The position numbers were made by a program, and so were the translations under genes. Below are positions 36,901-51,390 of a stretch of DNA of 64,000 nucleotides, piece by piece. The stretch is from Anthoceros angustus (taxonomy: Eukaryota > Plantae > Anthocerotophyta): the NCBI GenBank assembly GCA_010909165.1, contig VJWM01000016.1:186001-250000 (forward strand), in the 5' to 3' direction. The number at the start of each line of letters is the position of its first letter. The first letter of the stretch is position 1. The notes beneath the pieces are model-generated. The model searched no databases, was not told where the DNA came from, and saw only the letters and a program-made list of their open reading frames with translations.

Positions 36901-39833
36901 CCTTTAGAAAGGTTGCAATCTGCAAGCAGTCAGTATTTTAACAGGTTATAGGTACAGAGAGTACAAAGTAGCACAATAAAATAAGTCCACATATTACATC
37001 TAATGACATGTTCACACACCCCAGGGCCTTCATCCCGACCATTTAGCCCCAGAGCTTGTTGCCCTGGTCGAGTTGTCACGCGAACTTGCATCCCTGAGAA
37101 CCAAGTGATAGGTGCTTGACATTAGGCCATGAATAGATCAAACAGGCTCTGAGAGCTACTTTTCAGACAATAATTTACATACCATTAATGCGTAAATCGG
37201 CAAATGTAGGCCAATGCATTCGGAAGGGCACCTTGTCATTGAGCAAGACACACCAGACCTGAAAATTTTACCAATTTAAAAAAAATTTGCCACAGTTCAG
37301 AAAGCGTACAATGCCACAGTGAGGAAGTGAACAACAAAATAATTAATCCCACTGAGCCTAGTGTCTGGGCACTTCCCCTCTAACCCATTGGACATGCTAG
37401 ATTCAACTCAAACAATTGCTGCTATGCATCTGAATCATTTTCTTTCAAACATACAGGCACCCCACCTGTAAATCATGATTGGGCTTGGTAATCAGCTCCC
37501 TCTCTGACCTTGAGATTCTGAAAACTTTTTCCACATTTTGCATTACCTGTGACCTGTCAATAAGGAGCCAGAACACAACATTTACCAACTCAGTACTCAC
37601 GTCTACAGGCGATGAGAGAGTGAGGGAAAAGACTCAGGACAAACCCTTCTATCTTCGGAGCCGAGCCTGACAGCTTTGTAGGTAAAAGGGGATTCCCAAG
37701 AGACACACAAAACCTAATCAACACCACACCAATCATATAAGCACACACACATGAAGGCTGTGTTGATTTTTAAATGCAAGTTGAAGGGCAGCTTTCGGTG
37801 TCAGCCTTTGAACAGGAGGGCTACAGGCTTACGGATCTCCTCGTGCTATTCGGCAAAGTTCGCAGTAGAACTGTGTAGGCACGGGAACAGTAGCATCTTC
37901 GACCTTCTCAGGAACGACCACACAGCCTATGTGTTGCCAGATGCTGCAGTTTTGGTCATCACACTGCAAAATTTGCAGACAAACTTAAAAGAGTCTAAAG
38001 TGTGAACCTCAACTGCAGAACTAAGAAAAATGAAAAATTTGCAATATGTGGGGGAGATCTGAGACTTCCAAAAACGGCCATGCACAGATTGCTTTAATCA
38101 GTACCTGAATCATGGTTCCTTGCTCAGAAGGATTTCCACACGGACATCTGGTCTCATTTTTCTCGACTATAACTTCATTATCAGGTTCCTCTGACCGAGC
38201 ACTACTTGATGCTGCTGCCCTCCCAGTTGCTAAATCAGGAGCTGCAGGGCCTTGAAGTTTCCTGAATCAAGCGAACAGTAAGACAACCAAATCGAGCTGA
38301 GCACGTTGATCTGGGGTTTCTACAGTGAGTCAATCAGAAACAAGTTGAGGGCCATTCGTACCTGTAAATGTCAGCAATGATTCTAGCGGCTTCCTCCCTC
38401 CCCGGTGTCCTCCCTCCTGTCCTTACAACTGTGGTGAACAGTCAAACAGGCAGGATAATGAAACTAGCAGATTTGACCAAACTGTTTGCCATATTTATAG
38501 AGTGCAATCAAACAAATGTAGATACCACAACTCTCACCCGCCTGTCTTTCACCAGGTGCAAAGACTGCCATGATCTTGTCCCTGAGCACCTATATACCAA
38601 TAGCATGAAAGTATAAATCATAACTAGAGTCAATCAAGTACACTGACAGATGCAGATACAGAAGCATACACCAAAAACTTTCGGAAGAAAACTACAGGAT
38701 GAAACATGTGATCCTAAAAGGCAGTCAAAACATTAGCTTGGCTAAACCTAGTACAAAATTTTCAGAGATTCAGACGAACTTCTGAGATGGTAAGTTCTGA
38801 GGATAAACAAAGCAACAGGGCATGGCTTTGGAGAACAGGCTAAAGATTGAAGAAAATCCAGCAAAGCTATCTACATCGGAGTGAGCACAGTGTGAACCAT
38901 AACCTGGCAGACAGTGTGAACAGCTAAGCCATTCTAGAGTCAACAACCGAGGCTAAGCAGTTTCATGTGTTTATAATCTGTTGGGCACTAACACTCGGCT
39001 ACAGGGCAACACAGAATGGCAAGACTCTGGAACAAAGCCGGACATATAGCAGAGGGCCGAGTTGCCACAAAATGCATCTAACCAAAGCACAAAGCAGGAT
39101 ATCCAAGGGTGCGTTGTCAAAAACTTTATCTGATCACGCAATAAAGTTGCTGGTGGAATACAAGACATGGACAACTTCTTTCATCGTGAGAGTTGACTCT
39201 CCAGTAAAGTCTGGAGGGCTAGGCAGTGTGCCGGCCAGTTTCACCAAACAGCTGAACGAGAGTAAGCTGTCAGCCAAGAACTAGCATGCCCGTTTATTCA
39301 TTTCTGTGACAGCCCAGAAATTCCCGCATAATAAGATTATAAGAAAATGTTCTGTGGCATGACTGACCACTGGGAGACCCGAAATGCTCAGAAATCATTC
39401 TCAGACTCCTGTAATTGCAGTCTCAGAAACAACCTATGCTGCGAAGAAATGCAGGAACAGAAAACACAACCGGCTTTCCAAGAATAGGATTTACTAGCAT
39501 GTTATGAGGCAGATAAGTCACAAGTACCAGAGGAGAGCAGAAGGGGAAGCAAAATGTTAGCTAACCTGCTTCTTGCCCTGCTTGGGCAGACCAAGGCGAT
39601 GCAGCACATCCTTCAGCTCTTTGATGCGAAATGTATCAAGCCTCTCCTGAAAGCAAAGAAGACACCAAGAGCGTAAGGGAGCGGCGTTCAGAAGCCTTCC
39701 ACACTCCTGCTTCCGAAACCGGTGAACCTCTGAGGTTGAGACGACAAAATTTCCAAAACCTTCTCAAAAAACACTGATCAGACTTAGAAGAGAATACCCG
39801 AGACACGGCCTCGAGGTCGTCTCTACCATCCAT
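33961..39833 (-). CDS. SIZ1: E3 SUMO-protein ligase SIZ1 (SAP, PHD, PINIT, SP-RING), multi-exon
   Basis: Exon 1 is 39833-39798 ([12 protein letters not shown]). The SAP exon is 39646-39566 ([22 protein letters not shown]). The PHD reads [14 protein letters not shown]...FYCELC (~37960-37830). Other motifs: [16 protein letters not shown] (~37070-37025), [19 protein letters not shown] and WQCPICLK (SP-RING). The last exon is 34048-33961 ([15 protein letters not shown]). Not all internal exons were delimited. Confidence 0.95.
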
Positions 39834-41253
39834 CTCCTCTATTAAGGATCAGTACCAGCTTCTCCACCACCAACAGCGGCACCTCATCGCGGAATGCGTC
39901 CTGGGATCGGTAGACGCTCGACAGAGGACGCTCCTACGTCTACCTATGATGCTGAGGCTATCTCCATGCCTTGCCAACCGACGTTCCCGTCCATAAACTC
40001 CGCAGAAAGGGTCCCGGCGACGGTCGCATAAGAAGCATTAGACGGTATCCCTGGTGCCCTAGCTCGTTGCGCATCCTTGGAGCTCCACAACATTTGTACG
40101 ACAGCCCGTCATGAACCAAACTAACCCAATTGCACCACAGGCAGACGGACAACGGCAGATCAAGAAGCAGCCCGCCTACGCAGCCCCAGACCGGCCGCTG
40201 GAATTGAGAGGACCCAGGTTGGAGCAGTCGACGGGTTGACACACACACCCGGCAGCCCAATTCGACGACTGGCAGTCCCAGCTGCACCCTGCGCCCCGCG
40301 CCCCGACAATACTACCTTGGCGAGCCCTGCTGTGGGGCAATGCAATCCCAGAGTCCAAAATAATTCTGCTTCCACCCCTGATGCATATATAGCTTGGAAG
40401 GGAAGATTGTCACGGTACCCAGCGAGCCAGTAGTGCTACAAGCACAATTACCAGGTTAAGGTGGTGAGAAGGTCGCGTATCCGGCAGCCGTGAACAGATC
40501 TCTCCAGCATGCACAGCATCGTGCAAGGTACAGCAAGCCTCGGTAATCGGCATCACCAGGCCATTGATCGCGTCTCCTTGCTGCAGCAAGTGTGAAAACC
40601 TACCGGCTTCGTTCTGATATTGTCAGTCCCCGGCTCACAATTACCTCACATTCACCCAAACAAGCATAATATAAGATCATAGTGTACCATTCACCACATG
40701 GTCGATCAAAACCAGCTATAAGTAGAGGTAGGGAATGAACAAAGACCCTGGATCCAACTCCTTCTCAGCTTTCTTAGTGTGACTCGAAAGTCACAATAAG
40801 AAAGTGGTGATCAGATACTAAGAGTCACACTAAAAAGAACTCATATTCCATACCTGAAGTCGTTTACATTGTCATCTATATTATCATTTCCTGGGAGATG
40901 AAAGAGTTGACATATCGCTGGGTTATTGAAGATGTATCTCCTCCTGTAATAGTCATCACCATAAGGATTGCTCCAGCCAGTACTTGAAGTCGCCTACAAC
41001 AGTAGTCCATACTTGTGAGGATTGCTTTCAACCAGCACCTGAAAGTCGCCTATGACGCTGCCCACACAGTCCGTCAGGCCGGAGGTGATGGAAGATATAC
41101 CCCTGAAATCGTCCAAGATTTGCGCATCTCCTGTTGTCGTCGCATGGTCGATGTCCTCGTTGTCGGGATGGTTCTCCCGCTAATGCTCTCTATAGGGCAG
41201 GAAGGTTGTCCGCTAATGGTTCTCTAGAGGGCAGGGCAGCAAGCAAGTCAGTC

Positions 41254-41404
41254 TCTCCTTATCGCACGAAAGTAGTGAAGTAAGATACAGGCAACCCTAG
41301 AGACTTCCTCCTCTCGCAAGAAAGTAGTGAAGTAATATACAAGCAACCCTAGAGAATTTCTCCTCTCGCAAGAAAGTAGTGAAGCAGGGTAAAGGTAACC
41401 CTAC
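41254..41404. repeat. 52-bp tandem repeat, about 3 copies
   Basis: GAAAGTAGTGAAG occurs at 41268, 41320 and 41372 within CAACCCTAGAGA...TCCTCTCGCAA units. Confidence 0.9.
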
Positions 41405-42233
41405 TCCATACCGAATATTGGTCCATTGAATATTGAAAGCAGGTATCGCGTGCCATAAGGTGGAAAGTCGTTCTTATTCAAGAGTTTCTTTTTGATTAAT
41501 GATCATGTGTCTTCCTTGGAGGGGAGACCACAATGCAATGTTTGAGTTGTATGAGTATATTTGCTTAATCCAAATTGTGATTCATGGCTTTTTACAATTC
41601 ATGGCTTTTTCAAACAAATTCTCAAAATCCAGACGGATTCAACTCTACACCTCTTTAACACATTGAGGGACTATTTTTATGAAACCCTTTTTTTTTTTTT
41701 TATGAAAAGAATAGAGAAGACGTTATTAATAGACGAGATGGGAAATCTCATCTACCCTTGAAGTCCAAGGAGGAACAACTCAAAAAGGACTAATGGTAAA
41801 AGGGGAAGTCCTCGTCCCCTCGAATGCCTTTCCCGTAACTACCTACTGCACCAATGATATGACTATTTTTATTGGCATATGACATATCATATTCTTCTCA
41901 ATACAACATTGCAAACTAGTGTACAATCATAATGTCACGCTAAGCCACATTATTTTATCAATTCACCATATGGGTTCATCATTGTCTTTAGTTGTATGGG
42001 TTCATCATTGTCTTTAGTTGTACGGCTCTCTTGTACAAACTAATTAACATGGGTAGTATAAGAGCTCCACCTTCTCAATCTTTGTGGGTATAAATAATTA
42101 CCTACGGTAATTTTTTTTTTTTGTGAATGGATGGGGTATTTACATTCCACTTACTGTAGAGGACCCTGGAGCGCCTCATAAAAGAATAGTAGACTACAAT
42201 GCCCAAGAGAGCCTCACAACAGTAGCTTCGGAT

Positions 42234-42452
42234 AGAGATCATATATCAAGCAGCCACATAGGCCCTTACATTAGCTCTTTTTGGGAGCATAGATCAGAAT
42301 TTCATGATTCTAGCAGTCCTCTAGGCCCTTTTTTCCAGCAGAGATCATATATTTAGCAGCCCCATAGGCCCTTACATGAGCCCTTTTTGCGAGCATAGAT
42401 CATAATTTCATGATTCTACCAGTCCTATAGGCCTTTTTAGCGAGTAGAGATC
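42234..42452. repeat. 106-bp tandem repeat, 2 copies plus the start of a third
   Basis: AGAGATC starts at 42234, 42340 and 42446. The units share CATAGGCCCTTACAT and GAGCATAGATCA.AATTTCATGATTCTA. Confidence 0.9.
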
Positions 42453-45050
42453 GTTCATGATCTAAGCGAAAAGCTTCACAACAACAACTTTTTTGCGGGC
42501 GAGACATCAAAGATGCCCCAAAAACCTTACAAAAGCAGCACTTTTTACAGGCGAGACAAAAAAATCATATATTTGGCAACAATGAAGGGCTTGTTGGACG
42601 AGGTAAGCACTTGCATTCATATGAGCACTTCTCAACTGACAACCAAGTCAAATAAATCTAATATGGAAATATAGGGTCAATAGGAGAGAATAACACGCAA
42701 ATTCCTCACTCATCGCTCTCGGAGTCGTAGCTTTGGCCTCTTTACAACACTATTGTATCATATATCTAGAGGACAAGCTATGATGTGAGCTTGACCTCTG
42801 TGAAAGGGTCTATATACACTAGCCCTTGGCATCAGCATATTATTAAGATATCCTATTGGCATCAACATATGCCGAAAATATCCTAAGAATACACTATCGT
42901 AAAGCATATTACTTGTGATTACTCACTTAGCTATTTCTAACCATGTTTAATTAACACTAATCACTAAGTAGCATAATCAATTTAGATTAATTAATATTGA
43001 TTACTTACTAAAAATAATTAATGAGATTAATTAAAACTACTCAAACACTAAACCCTAACGCTCAAATTAGTGTCATATGGCATGACTGGCTCCACAATAG
43101 CAGCCCTTTTTGCGGGCGAATCAATGGGCGGTCCGCATGGGATTTACAATGTTGCAAGCCTCCAAGGGCCATCTACATACATGTAGTTGGTACCCTATCC
43201 CTAATTTAATCTGGAGGCTCGCTTATTACATAATAGTATTTTTAATCGTATACTTAATAACTACGAGTCTTCAAAGAAGAAGTTTGCGTAGTATTAAAGA
43301 GTTTAATCTTCTACAACTTTTATAAGGACACATACAAACTCCTCGTTGGTGTGTAGTTCACATAGTTTGTGAACAAGGTAGTTTTTAAACATTCTTCAAT
43401 TTCTCTTTGATTATGAATCAATTGACTGTCCAACCAAAAGTGGTACGGACTAATGTGTGTTGATTAATTGATAATGAGAAATTCAAATTATTCTTAAGAA
43501 GTCCTGAGAAGTATTGTAGGAGATATTTTAGGTAATTTATTTGACCAGTAATTCAGTATATAATATTATTTCATTTAAAAACTAAAACAAACCGTAAAAC
43601 TTCATAATTGCTAAAGTTAGTATTGGTTCCCTTTAGAGTTTATAAGAATAAGAAGTAATCAAGTTCTAGTTCACGACCATGAAAGTGAGAAATGATTGAA
43701 ACTATCTCGAAGTGGTACCTATATGGTTTTACTTTGAGAAATGTTTCTTTCATAAAACAATTTATTTAGAGCTGAGAATCTACAATATGAGATTTAATAT
43801 CGTACCTCCAGGGGTAGGTTGATAGGTTAATGCCAAAATGATTATTTTTTGGAAAAAAAGGTTCAACATAAATATTTATATTTTTCAAAATTTCACTATT
43901 TATGAAAATTAATTTTTATCAAATTTAAAATTTTATTAGAATACATAGATATCTATATGGAACTAATAGATATGTCTAGACCTCCCCTAAACAGGCTCTA
44001 ATTTTTCACACCTAGTTTCCTTGTTTTCGGCATCTTAAACTCAAAACTTTTTACACATTGTTGTGCACAAAGTACTTTTGTGTACTTTTTTTGATATGGG
44101 TTAGGCTTAAGAGCTCGAGTTAGTATTTTATCTTCTTGTCCACAAGTCATGATAGTGAATAGGTTTTTGACAAACCTTTTGAGATGATGATGCCCCCTCA
44201 ATAACAATTGTATAAAGAAAAACTATACCAAGTTATGCTACTATTGTATATCAAGATTTGAAGATGTTTGGAATTGAATTGAAATTTTATTAAAAAAAAA
44301 GATGAAAAATCCATCTACCCCGAACCGATGGAAAACAACCCACTAAAGGGCCAAGAGCCAGGGGCTAGCCCCCACAAATGCTAACTCCATTATCGAGGCA
44401 ATAGTGAATTCCGGGATTGCGCCTAATAAGAGGGTTATCTCCATTTCCAACTCATCGATTCCGTACCGAATTTATTTCAATTGATTGAAATTACGATGAA
44501 CAAAGTGAGTTGTCGCGTCCCCCCAAGTTGGTATTTATTCACTCTAGTGAGCTCCTCCCACCTTGGATGTATGCTCATGAGGGTTCAGGGATTAGGGTTC
44601 ACAGGGAAGGGGAAGGGGTATCGCTCCATCTAAAACGAACAAGAATCCTCCCTTGAGGCACTCCCTTGACATGGTAGCCCGGAGTTCACCAACCTTTTGG
44701 TCGGATCACTACAGGGATGGAGTATCGCTCCATCTAAAACGATGTCGGTATTCAGCAGTTCTAAGCAAATCAACCCCACATCTACCATCGCAAACACCGA
44801 CGGCCAATGATCACAAGTCCGTGATCACATGATACCGCTGCAACGTACCCTGTACAAGGCATACACTCACCCTCGTACAGAGGCGTGCCTCTGTTCAGTG
44901 AGTCGTAAAAAGGCGGAGGCCAATCCAAGAGTGGGACAGAAAGAGTCTGCTTCTGCTTCTGCTTCTTTGGCATGAGAGCCTGATTTTCATGTCAGTCAAA
45001 GGACTAAAAATTGGACCCGCAAAACTCTTCCGTACTCTGCTTCAGCTGTT

Positions 45051-47503
45051 TCACTCCAGAAAGACTTGGAAGCGTTCACCGCGGCGATCCGTAACGTCGA
45101 TAAGCAACTGCCCGCTTTCCAGCTTCCCCTTCGATTTCACGGCTGCTTCATCCAGCATGGCGCGCAAATTCAGCCCTGCAACGCCTGCGCACGGACGACA
45201 TAGCACGAGGAGGCGTTAGGTTCGGTGACGCCGTACCCGGGAATATGAGTCACAGCAAATCGTCATGCGCCGGGCTCACCTGGCACAGTGGCCGCTAATC
45301 CATCCAGAAACCCGGCCTGCAAAGCAAGTGGAAGGGTTAGGGCACAGTTGGCATGCACTGGCACCACAGGGAAATACTGCAGCACGAGTTAGTACCGGGA
45401 TTTTGATGTCGAGCTTGGTGGAACCGCTGCTTCCCGTGACAATGACTCGAAGCTTCCGTGACCAGAGCTTCTCAAGGGTGTCCCTCAAGCCTCCCTTTTG
45501 TTGAGCTGGCAACACCTCTGGTTCCATCACGTCCGGCTTCACGGGCTGGGAGGTAGCAGTGCTCGCCCACTCTGACCCACTTCTGAAGCCAGCATCATAT
45601 TTCGCATTGTCGCGGTCGAAGCTCGGGTAGCTAGTGCTTGGTGTACCATATCCGGCGTATGTGCTGGGCTCCTGGGTTGGGAAGAAGTCTGGAACCTTCT
45701 CCTGGAAAGGGGGGGCTGATGGGGAGGTATCTGCATCATTTGGGGCATGTGAGGGAGTAATGTAAGGTACTTACAGCAGCACCACATGGAAGGGGCTCAC
45801 TTTGATCATGACACAAGACTGACCTGCGGCAGCATTCCGTGCAATAGATGCGTAGTAGTCATCCTCGGCATAGTATCTGCTGAAGCCCACGACTTCCTTG
45901 ATTTCCTCAAACTTTGGCAAGTCTCCGGGAGGGGGTAGGCGTCCGCTCTTAATGGCTTTCAGAGCATCCTGGAAGCAGGTGTGATTGTATCAGCACCTGT
46001 ATGGTAGGGTGGAAGTGCGGAATCACACATGGAAGGAACTGTACCTGCATGGCTCGAATGGAGACTCCAACCAGTGATAGGGGGTAGGCAACGAGTTTGA
46101 AACCAAGCTGGTCAAGCTCGAAGGGTGGCAGGATAGGTGTCTTCCCTCCCCCTTCTAACATGCTCGCCTGTCCAGTATACCAACAGGAGTGAGTTAGGAA
46201 ACATGAGCAACAGGAGTTGGAGAAGAGATGGTAACTTCCCTCCAACGGCACGGGTGGGGTGTCTGGGGCACTTGCGTACCATCTTCGGCACGCCGGGAAG
46301 AAGCCTGGCAAAGGCAGCCATCTCTTCCTTTGATGTGAGTGCATCGATGAAGAGCACATCAGCTCCTGCATCTGCAAATGCCTTTACCCTCCACAAGGCT
46401 TCGTCCAGAGAAACTGCTTGGCGAGCATCAGTCCGAGCAACGATCACGATGTCTGAACTTGCTTCAATTCTGGCATCAACCGCAGCTCTGATTTTGGCAA
46501 CCGCCTCTTCACGAGGAATCACCCTCCTTCCATTAGTATGGCCACATGCTTTTGGAGAAACCTACAAAGAGGACAAACAGAATGTAAAACCAGGATAGTC
46601 CGTAACACCACACGACATGCATCACCACGTCTGGGGTTAGTCAAGCAGCAAGTTGCCAGGCTGAAGCTGGGACTACCTGATCTTCTAGAATGATACCAGC
46701 CAAGCCGGCTTGGTGGTAGCCCTTCACCGTCCTCTTCACATTCAGAGCATTTCCGTAACCATTATCCCCATCACCAATCACAGGTATGGACACTGCTGCT
46801 GTGATTTGACGGGCCTGGTCTACCATCTCGCCGTACGAGATGAGTCCAGCATCTGCAGCGGCTAACTTCACTGCAGACACTGCGAAGCCTGCCAAAGCAT
46901 CGACCACCTTTCAAAAGGAATTCCATCAGTTCGGCGATGATTCAACAACAGCAACCTGCTGCAGGCAGATGCCCGAAGTGCACTCCCGAAGCACGTGTGT
47001 TCCATACCCATAGCCATTCAAAAACAAGGACAAAGTCACTGACCACTCATGAAAGCATAGTTGAATCCAGCCAGCTCCACAAGCTTCGCACTCAACGCAT
47101 CGTGACAGGCAGGCCCTTGATGCACTCCCGGGGTGTTCAAAAGGCGTCGCAAAACAATAGCGGAGGATTCCCTTGGCAGGTCGCCTCCACTCTGCGTGCT
47201 TCCTCGAATAATCGATCTACCACTGGCACTTCTACAGTATGGCTTTCTACTTGTCTTAGCCAACGCCAAGCGTGTGAAATTCCTCGAGCTACACACGCCT
47301 TGTGAACTATCATTCTCAGGATCCCTCACACAGCAAGCCCTGGCCACTTTGCTGCGGCACCCTTCATTGTCAAGAATCGCAAAGCTTCCACACCCATACC
47401 GCTGCGCGATCGTTGAAGAGGGCGAATTCATGCTGCCCTGATTCATCACACTCTGCCTACACGTAGGCCAGGAGGAAGCTCCAAGGAGAGCATCCACAGC
47501 CAT
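45051..47503 (-). CDS. Isocitrate lyase/PEP-mutase superfamily protein (2,3-dimethylmalate lyase-like, At2g43180-type) with a probable transit peptide
   Basis: Motifs: LRRLLNTPGVHQGPACHDALSAKLVE, ISYGEMVDQ...IPVIGDGDNGYGNALNVKRTV...ILEDQ, IVARTDARQ...AGADVLFIDAL and MLEGGGKTP. The C-terminus reads WSRKLRV...LDIKIP/AGFLDG.../GERFQVFLE* (stop at 45053-45051). The start codon is chosen by inference. Confidence 0.9.
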
Positions 47504-47909
47504 GTTCTGTATGGGGCAGATGCGCAATCGCCCACAATCCAATACGCGCTAATTTCGGCCGCGCGGCCAACGCGACCAGCTCCGAAGGTGGAGGTTCAGG
47601 GTTCTATACATCACCACTGCCAAGCTGCCATGTGGACAGCGTTAGCGCCTGGACACCTGGAGCGGCTTGTCAGGGCTGATTTACCGCCTACAGGTATTTA
47701 TGTATTTATGAAATATGTATTATACAATTTTTTGTTCTAGTTGTAGAGCTGGAGGACATACCATGCTGGAATTGCAGACCCAGTAGCGCTATTCCAGCAT
47801 ATCATGTCCACAAGCGGTTACATGCAGTTTTCATGTAAGGCTCTTGGCAGCTCTGGTACAGGCCAAAAGTGGAGCTATCCTAAACGACCATGGCGTTACC
47901 ACGGCACTC

Positions 47910-50900
47910 TCAGCGCAGTCGCTTCCTGCAACCAGTCGCTCCGCAATGACAGTCAATTCTGCCAGCGTCGTCGTCGTCGTCGTCGTCGTCCCAGCTCTCC
48001 ACTAATGGGTAGCCGTAATCGTATGACAGTTCCTGCAACGTCGTTGAGATAAATCAGGCCGGGCTTCCATGAAATTCAGGGAATCACAAGCTGCCATTTT
48101 CGGGAGAGGAGGAACACTGACCGTGCCCGGGAGAATGCTTTCCGCGGCGAAGAGCATCACGCGGGCCAGTCTGAGATCATGGTGTTCGCTCAACACACAT
48201 TGTACGTAAAGGTTGGGGTCACAGCTGTGGTTGATAAACCGAGCCAAACTGCCGCTACTTCCAGCATCAATTGTGAATTCAGGATCATTTCGAGCATCAC
48301 ATTCAAGGCCACCCGAGGGGTGCTCATAATTGCTGATAACTCGTTTCTGCACAAGAGCGGTCAAATCTCAACAATTGCAATCCCCCTGCCGTGCAAAGCA
48401 GCCAGAACCAGAAACCAGGCTGAAGCATACCTGCCGACCCCCCAGTCCCAAGATGGTTTGGAGGCAATCGATCTCAAACAAGTAGCCGTTGTCATCTTCT
48501 AGGTCTTTGCTTCGTCTAAGATCACCGGTGTATTCGGAAACAGGTGCGCCAATTGGAATGTAATCTAGTGTTATCACACCCCATCCCTTACGTGGCGTTT
48601 TGACAAGCTGCAGATGTTCAGAGCACTACGATGTTAAAACGATATTCCACGAACTCGGAAGCAGAGCAGCACAAGCACATACCTGAAGCCGATACTGTAA
48701 ACCTCTCTGACTGGCACGGTTAAAGCATCCTGGACCGCAGGAACAGTGCGGCCCGCACTCATACACTACATCCTGTGCCTTTACCAGCCTAGAAAAGCGA
48801 CCGTGGTGCGCAGTTAGAAACCCACTGGTGCCCCACAACCGCATGTCACTTGCTACTTCTTTCCAAAGCCTAGAGTGGTCAGTGGCACCTGTGTTGATGG
48901 TTGTAAGGAATGGTGCCCCCGTTAAGCTTAGCGCAAGCACATTTTTTGCTGTCGAAACAAGAACCCTTACAACCACAACCGGGTGCAGGTTTTGGCCACT
49001 CTAAGCCCGGTGGAACTCTGTTCTTTAACAGATACGTGAAGGCTGCACACAACACCGATGCAATGCAAGGTGAGAGCGGAACCTTGCCAATTTCTCGAGT
49101 GCTGACTCTTTAAGCATGCGCAGATGACTTCTCAATTCTAAACGCCAGGAAGGACGGTACTTCACCTGGAGGAGGAGTTGGGATCTTATCTACCGTATTA
49201 CAGGCCGGAACAGGGAGACGTTCCAAATTGTTGGAGACGTCAGTACAGACAAGCCTACACACCACATCAACTTCAATCAAGTTAAGCTACACCGCAAATG
49301 CTACAAAAGAACGCAGATCACTCTCAAGAGCTAATTTTCCAATCGGCACTCACCCTTCCAGCATGACTTGAGCTGGATTTTTCTTTCCCAAGAATTGAAC
49401 TACCTGCGCACAAATTTTCAGCACAAGGTTAGGAAAGGAGGTGGTCCGGCAGATTATGTCATTCACTTCAGGAAGGTTTGGGTACCTGATCCTTGCGCAG
49501 CGGGGCCTGTCCTTCCAAGCGATTAAGCGTGAACTTGAAAACCCGGAAACCAGCCTTCCCATCTGATGGGACACAGCTGACAACCTGTAGAGGCAATAGT
49601 CAGACGGGGCAGCTGACAAACAAAAGGGAGACGAAATGGCATCAAGTTAATGCACATAAGCACCTACCAGGTAAAGCCCACTGTAGGTGAAGACCTTGCC
49701 AGACATGGCCTTGCTGTTTGGTTGGTGACCTCGGAAGACTCTAACAGGCAACCCTTGCTCCATGCTATTCTGTCACAAACAACATCAAACAAGCTACCAA
49801 TTCAAGTGATGACCCACGTTCACTACAACTTCAGGGGCTGTGAAAGGAAGGTGAAGAGAAAAAATCACCTTCAGGCCGAGGTTAGCCCCTTTCAGCTTTT
49901 GCTCACCCTTCTGGCGCATGTCCCCAGAGAGGTTGTTACCACCTTGTCCCGTGTAAGTGATACTTTCACTCTCATCAACATCATCTTCATAGACACCTGA
50001 CATTACTATGCTAGTGGCCAATGGCAATGTGTACCCGGATCTTGCCGCCTGCAACAATTCACAAGAGGTGAAACGGTTGACAACGTTATACTTCCTAGTT
50101 GGTAGCTAGGAACTACTAAATGCTGCCTACCTCTTCATTGTGGGGTTCATAGTCATCCCCACTCTTGGCACCGACGGGTATGCAATCAATACCCTTCATG
50201 TGTTCCACGTGCAATCCAATCGCGCTCATTTCAGCCCGAGAGTTACAGATGTAGCCAACTTCGAGACCTAAATGTCACGGTAAATCAGTGCCTGTTGACC
50301 TAACCCCAGCGGCCTCCTGACCAGAAACAAAGGTGGCAAATTTCACAGAGGAAATGAGCAGTGGCACCAACACGCACCAGGCAGCTCTCCGACCCTTCTG
50401 CTGGGAAAGAAGACCCGCCCTGTCCGCCTCAGCTGCAGGAACCACATTTTCAAGTTAGACTCTTGAACCTACGTAAACCAAGCAGCAGACAAGTTTTAGT
50501 TCACTCAGAAATGTCAACCTCTGTAAGAGCTTTAAGATCTGGCCGCCTGGTGGTACCACTGGATTCCTGCAATAGAGCAAGACATGCTCAGCTCCGTGTT
50601 TCAGTACATAAAGCACCAGGAGTTGCAACAACAAAATGCTACTAGCAAAAATTTGGCATTGCTTTCCAGATCACATACCTTTCGCTTGCGAGCGCTTCCT
50701 CCGCTCGCTCCCACTCTTTGATCTTCCACCTGGACAGACAGACAGCGTGAGTTTTCACTTGGCGATCTTGCCACCAATTTAAAAAGAACTTCAGGAGTGC
50801 GACGAAAGAAGAAGGCAGACCTTTGCCCAGTTCATTAAGAGAGGGAGATACACAGACTTCACAAAATCGCGAAGATTACGATACGCAATCCCGTCAGCCG

Positions 50901-51390
50901 TCAGACCGCGTGTCCCGTGCGAAGGACCGCGAGGGCCGACCCTGGCCAGCGCCACACTCCTGCATTGCACGTCGCCAGCTGCTCCAGGACCACCCGAGCT
51001 GGGACCAGCATCAGTCACCGTCGTGTCCGACGAAAGCGGCGGCTCCTTGGCAGCAGCCCCGCCAACGAACGGCACAATACTCCAACATTCCGCTGCTGCT
51101 GGACTGGGCGAGCGAAGGCCAGCAGCAGCAATTGCCGCTCCCGCCTGAGGACCAACCGCCTTGTCCTCCTCCGCCTGGTATCTGCACTTCTTGGCAGAAG
51201 CAGGCAGGGGCGCGGGCTGGCCGGGAAGCTGCATCCTATCTTGCTTCCTCTTGAGGCCGGTGTGCTGGCCATGGCGGCCAGCAAGGGTTTGCAAAGCGGC
51301 TCCCGGGGGCACAGCCGGCATGTCGCCGTCGTCGTCCGAGTCATCCAATACGATCGGCACTTCCGCAGTCCCCCAGCCACCGCGCACCAT
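47910..51390 (-). CDS. SUVH4: SUVH4/KRYPTONITE-like H3K9 methyltransferase (SRA, pre-SET, SET, post-SET)
   Basis: Motifs: RRPDLKA (~50520); SRA SRAEMSAIGLH...GID and SIVMSGVYEDD...YTGQGG; pre-SET CGCKGSC...CAC and VYECGPHCSCGPGCFNRASQRGL; SET GWGV, ARFINHSCDPNL and ELSYDYGY; post-SET CHCGATGCRKRL* (stop 47912-47910). The start is uncertain (ATG at 51390 or further upstream). Confidence 0.9.

Noticed and set aside
43795-43995. MITE with AGGGG(T)AGGT termini
   Set aside because: The inverted match is short and imperfect, and no TSD is evident.
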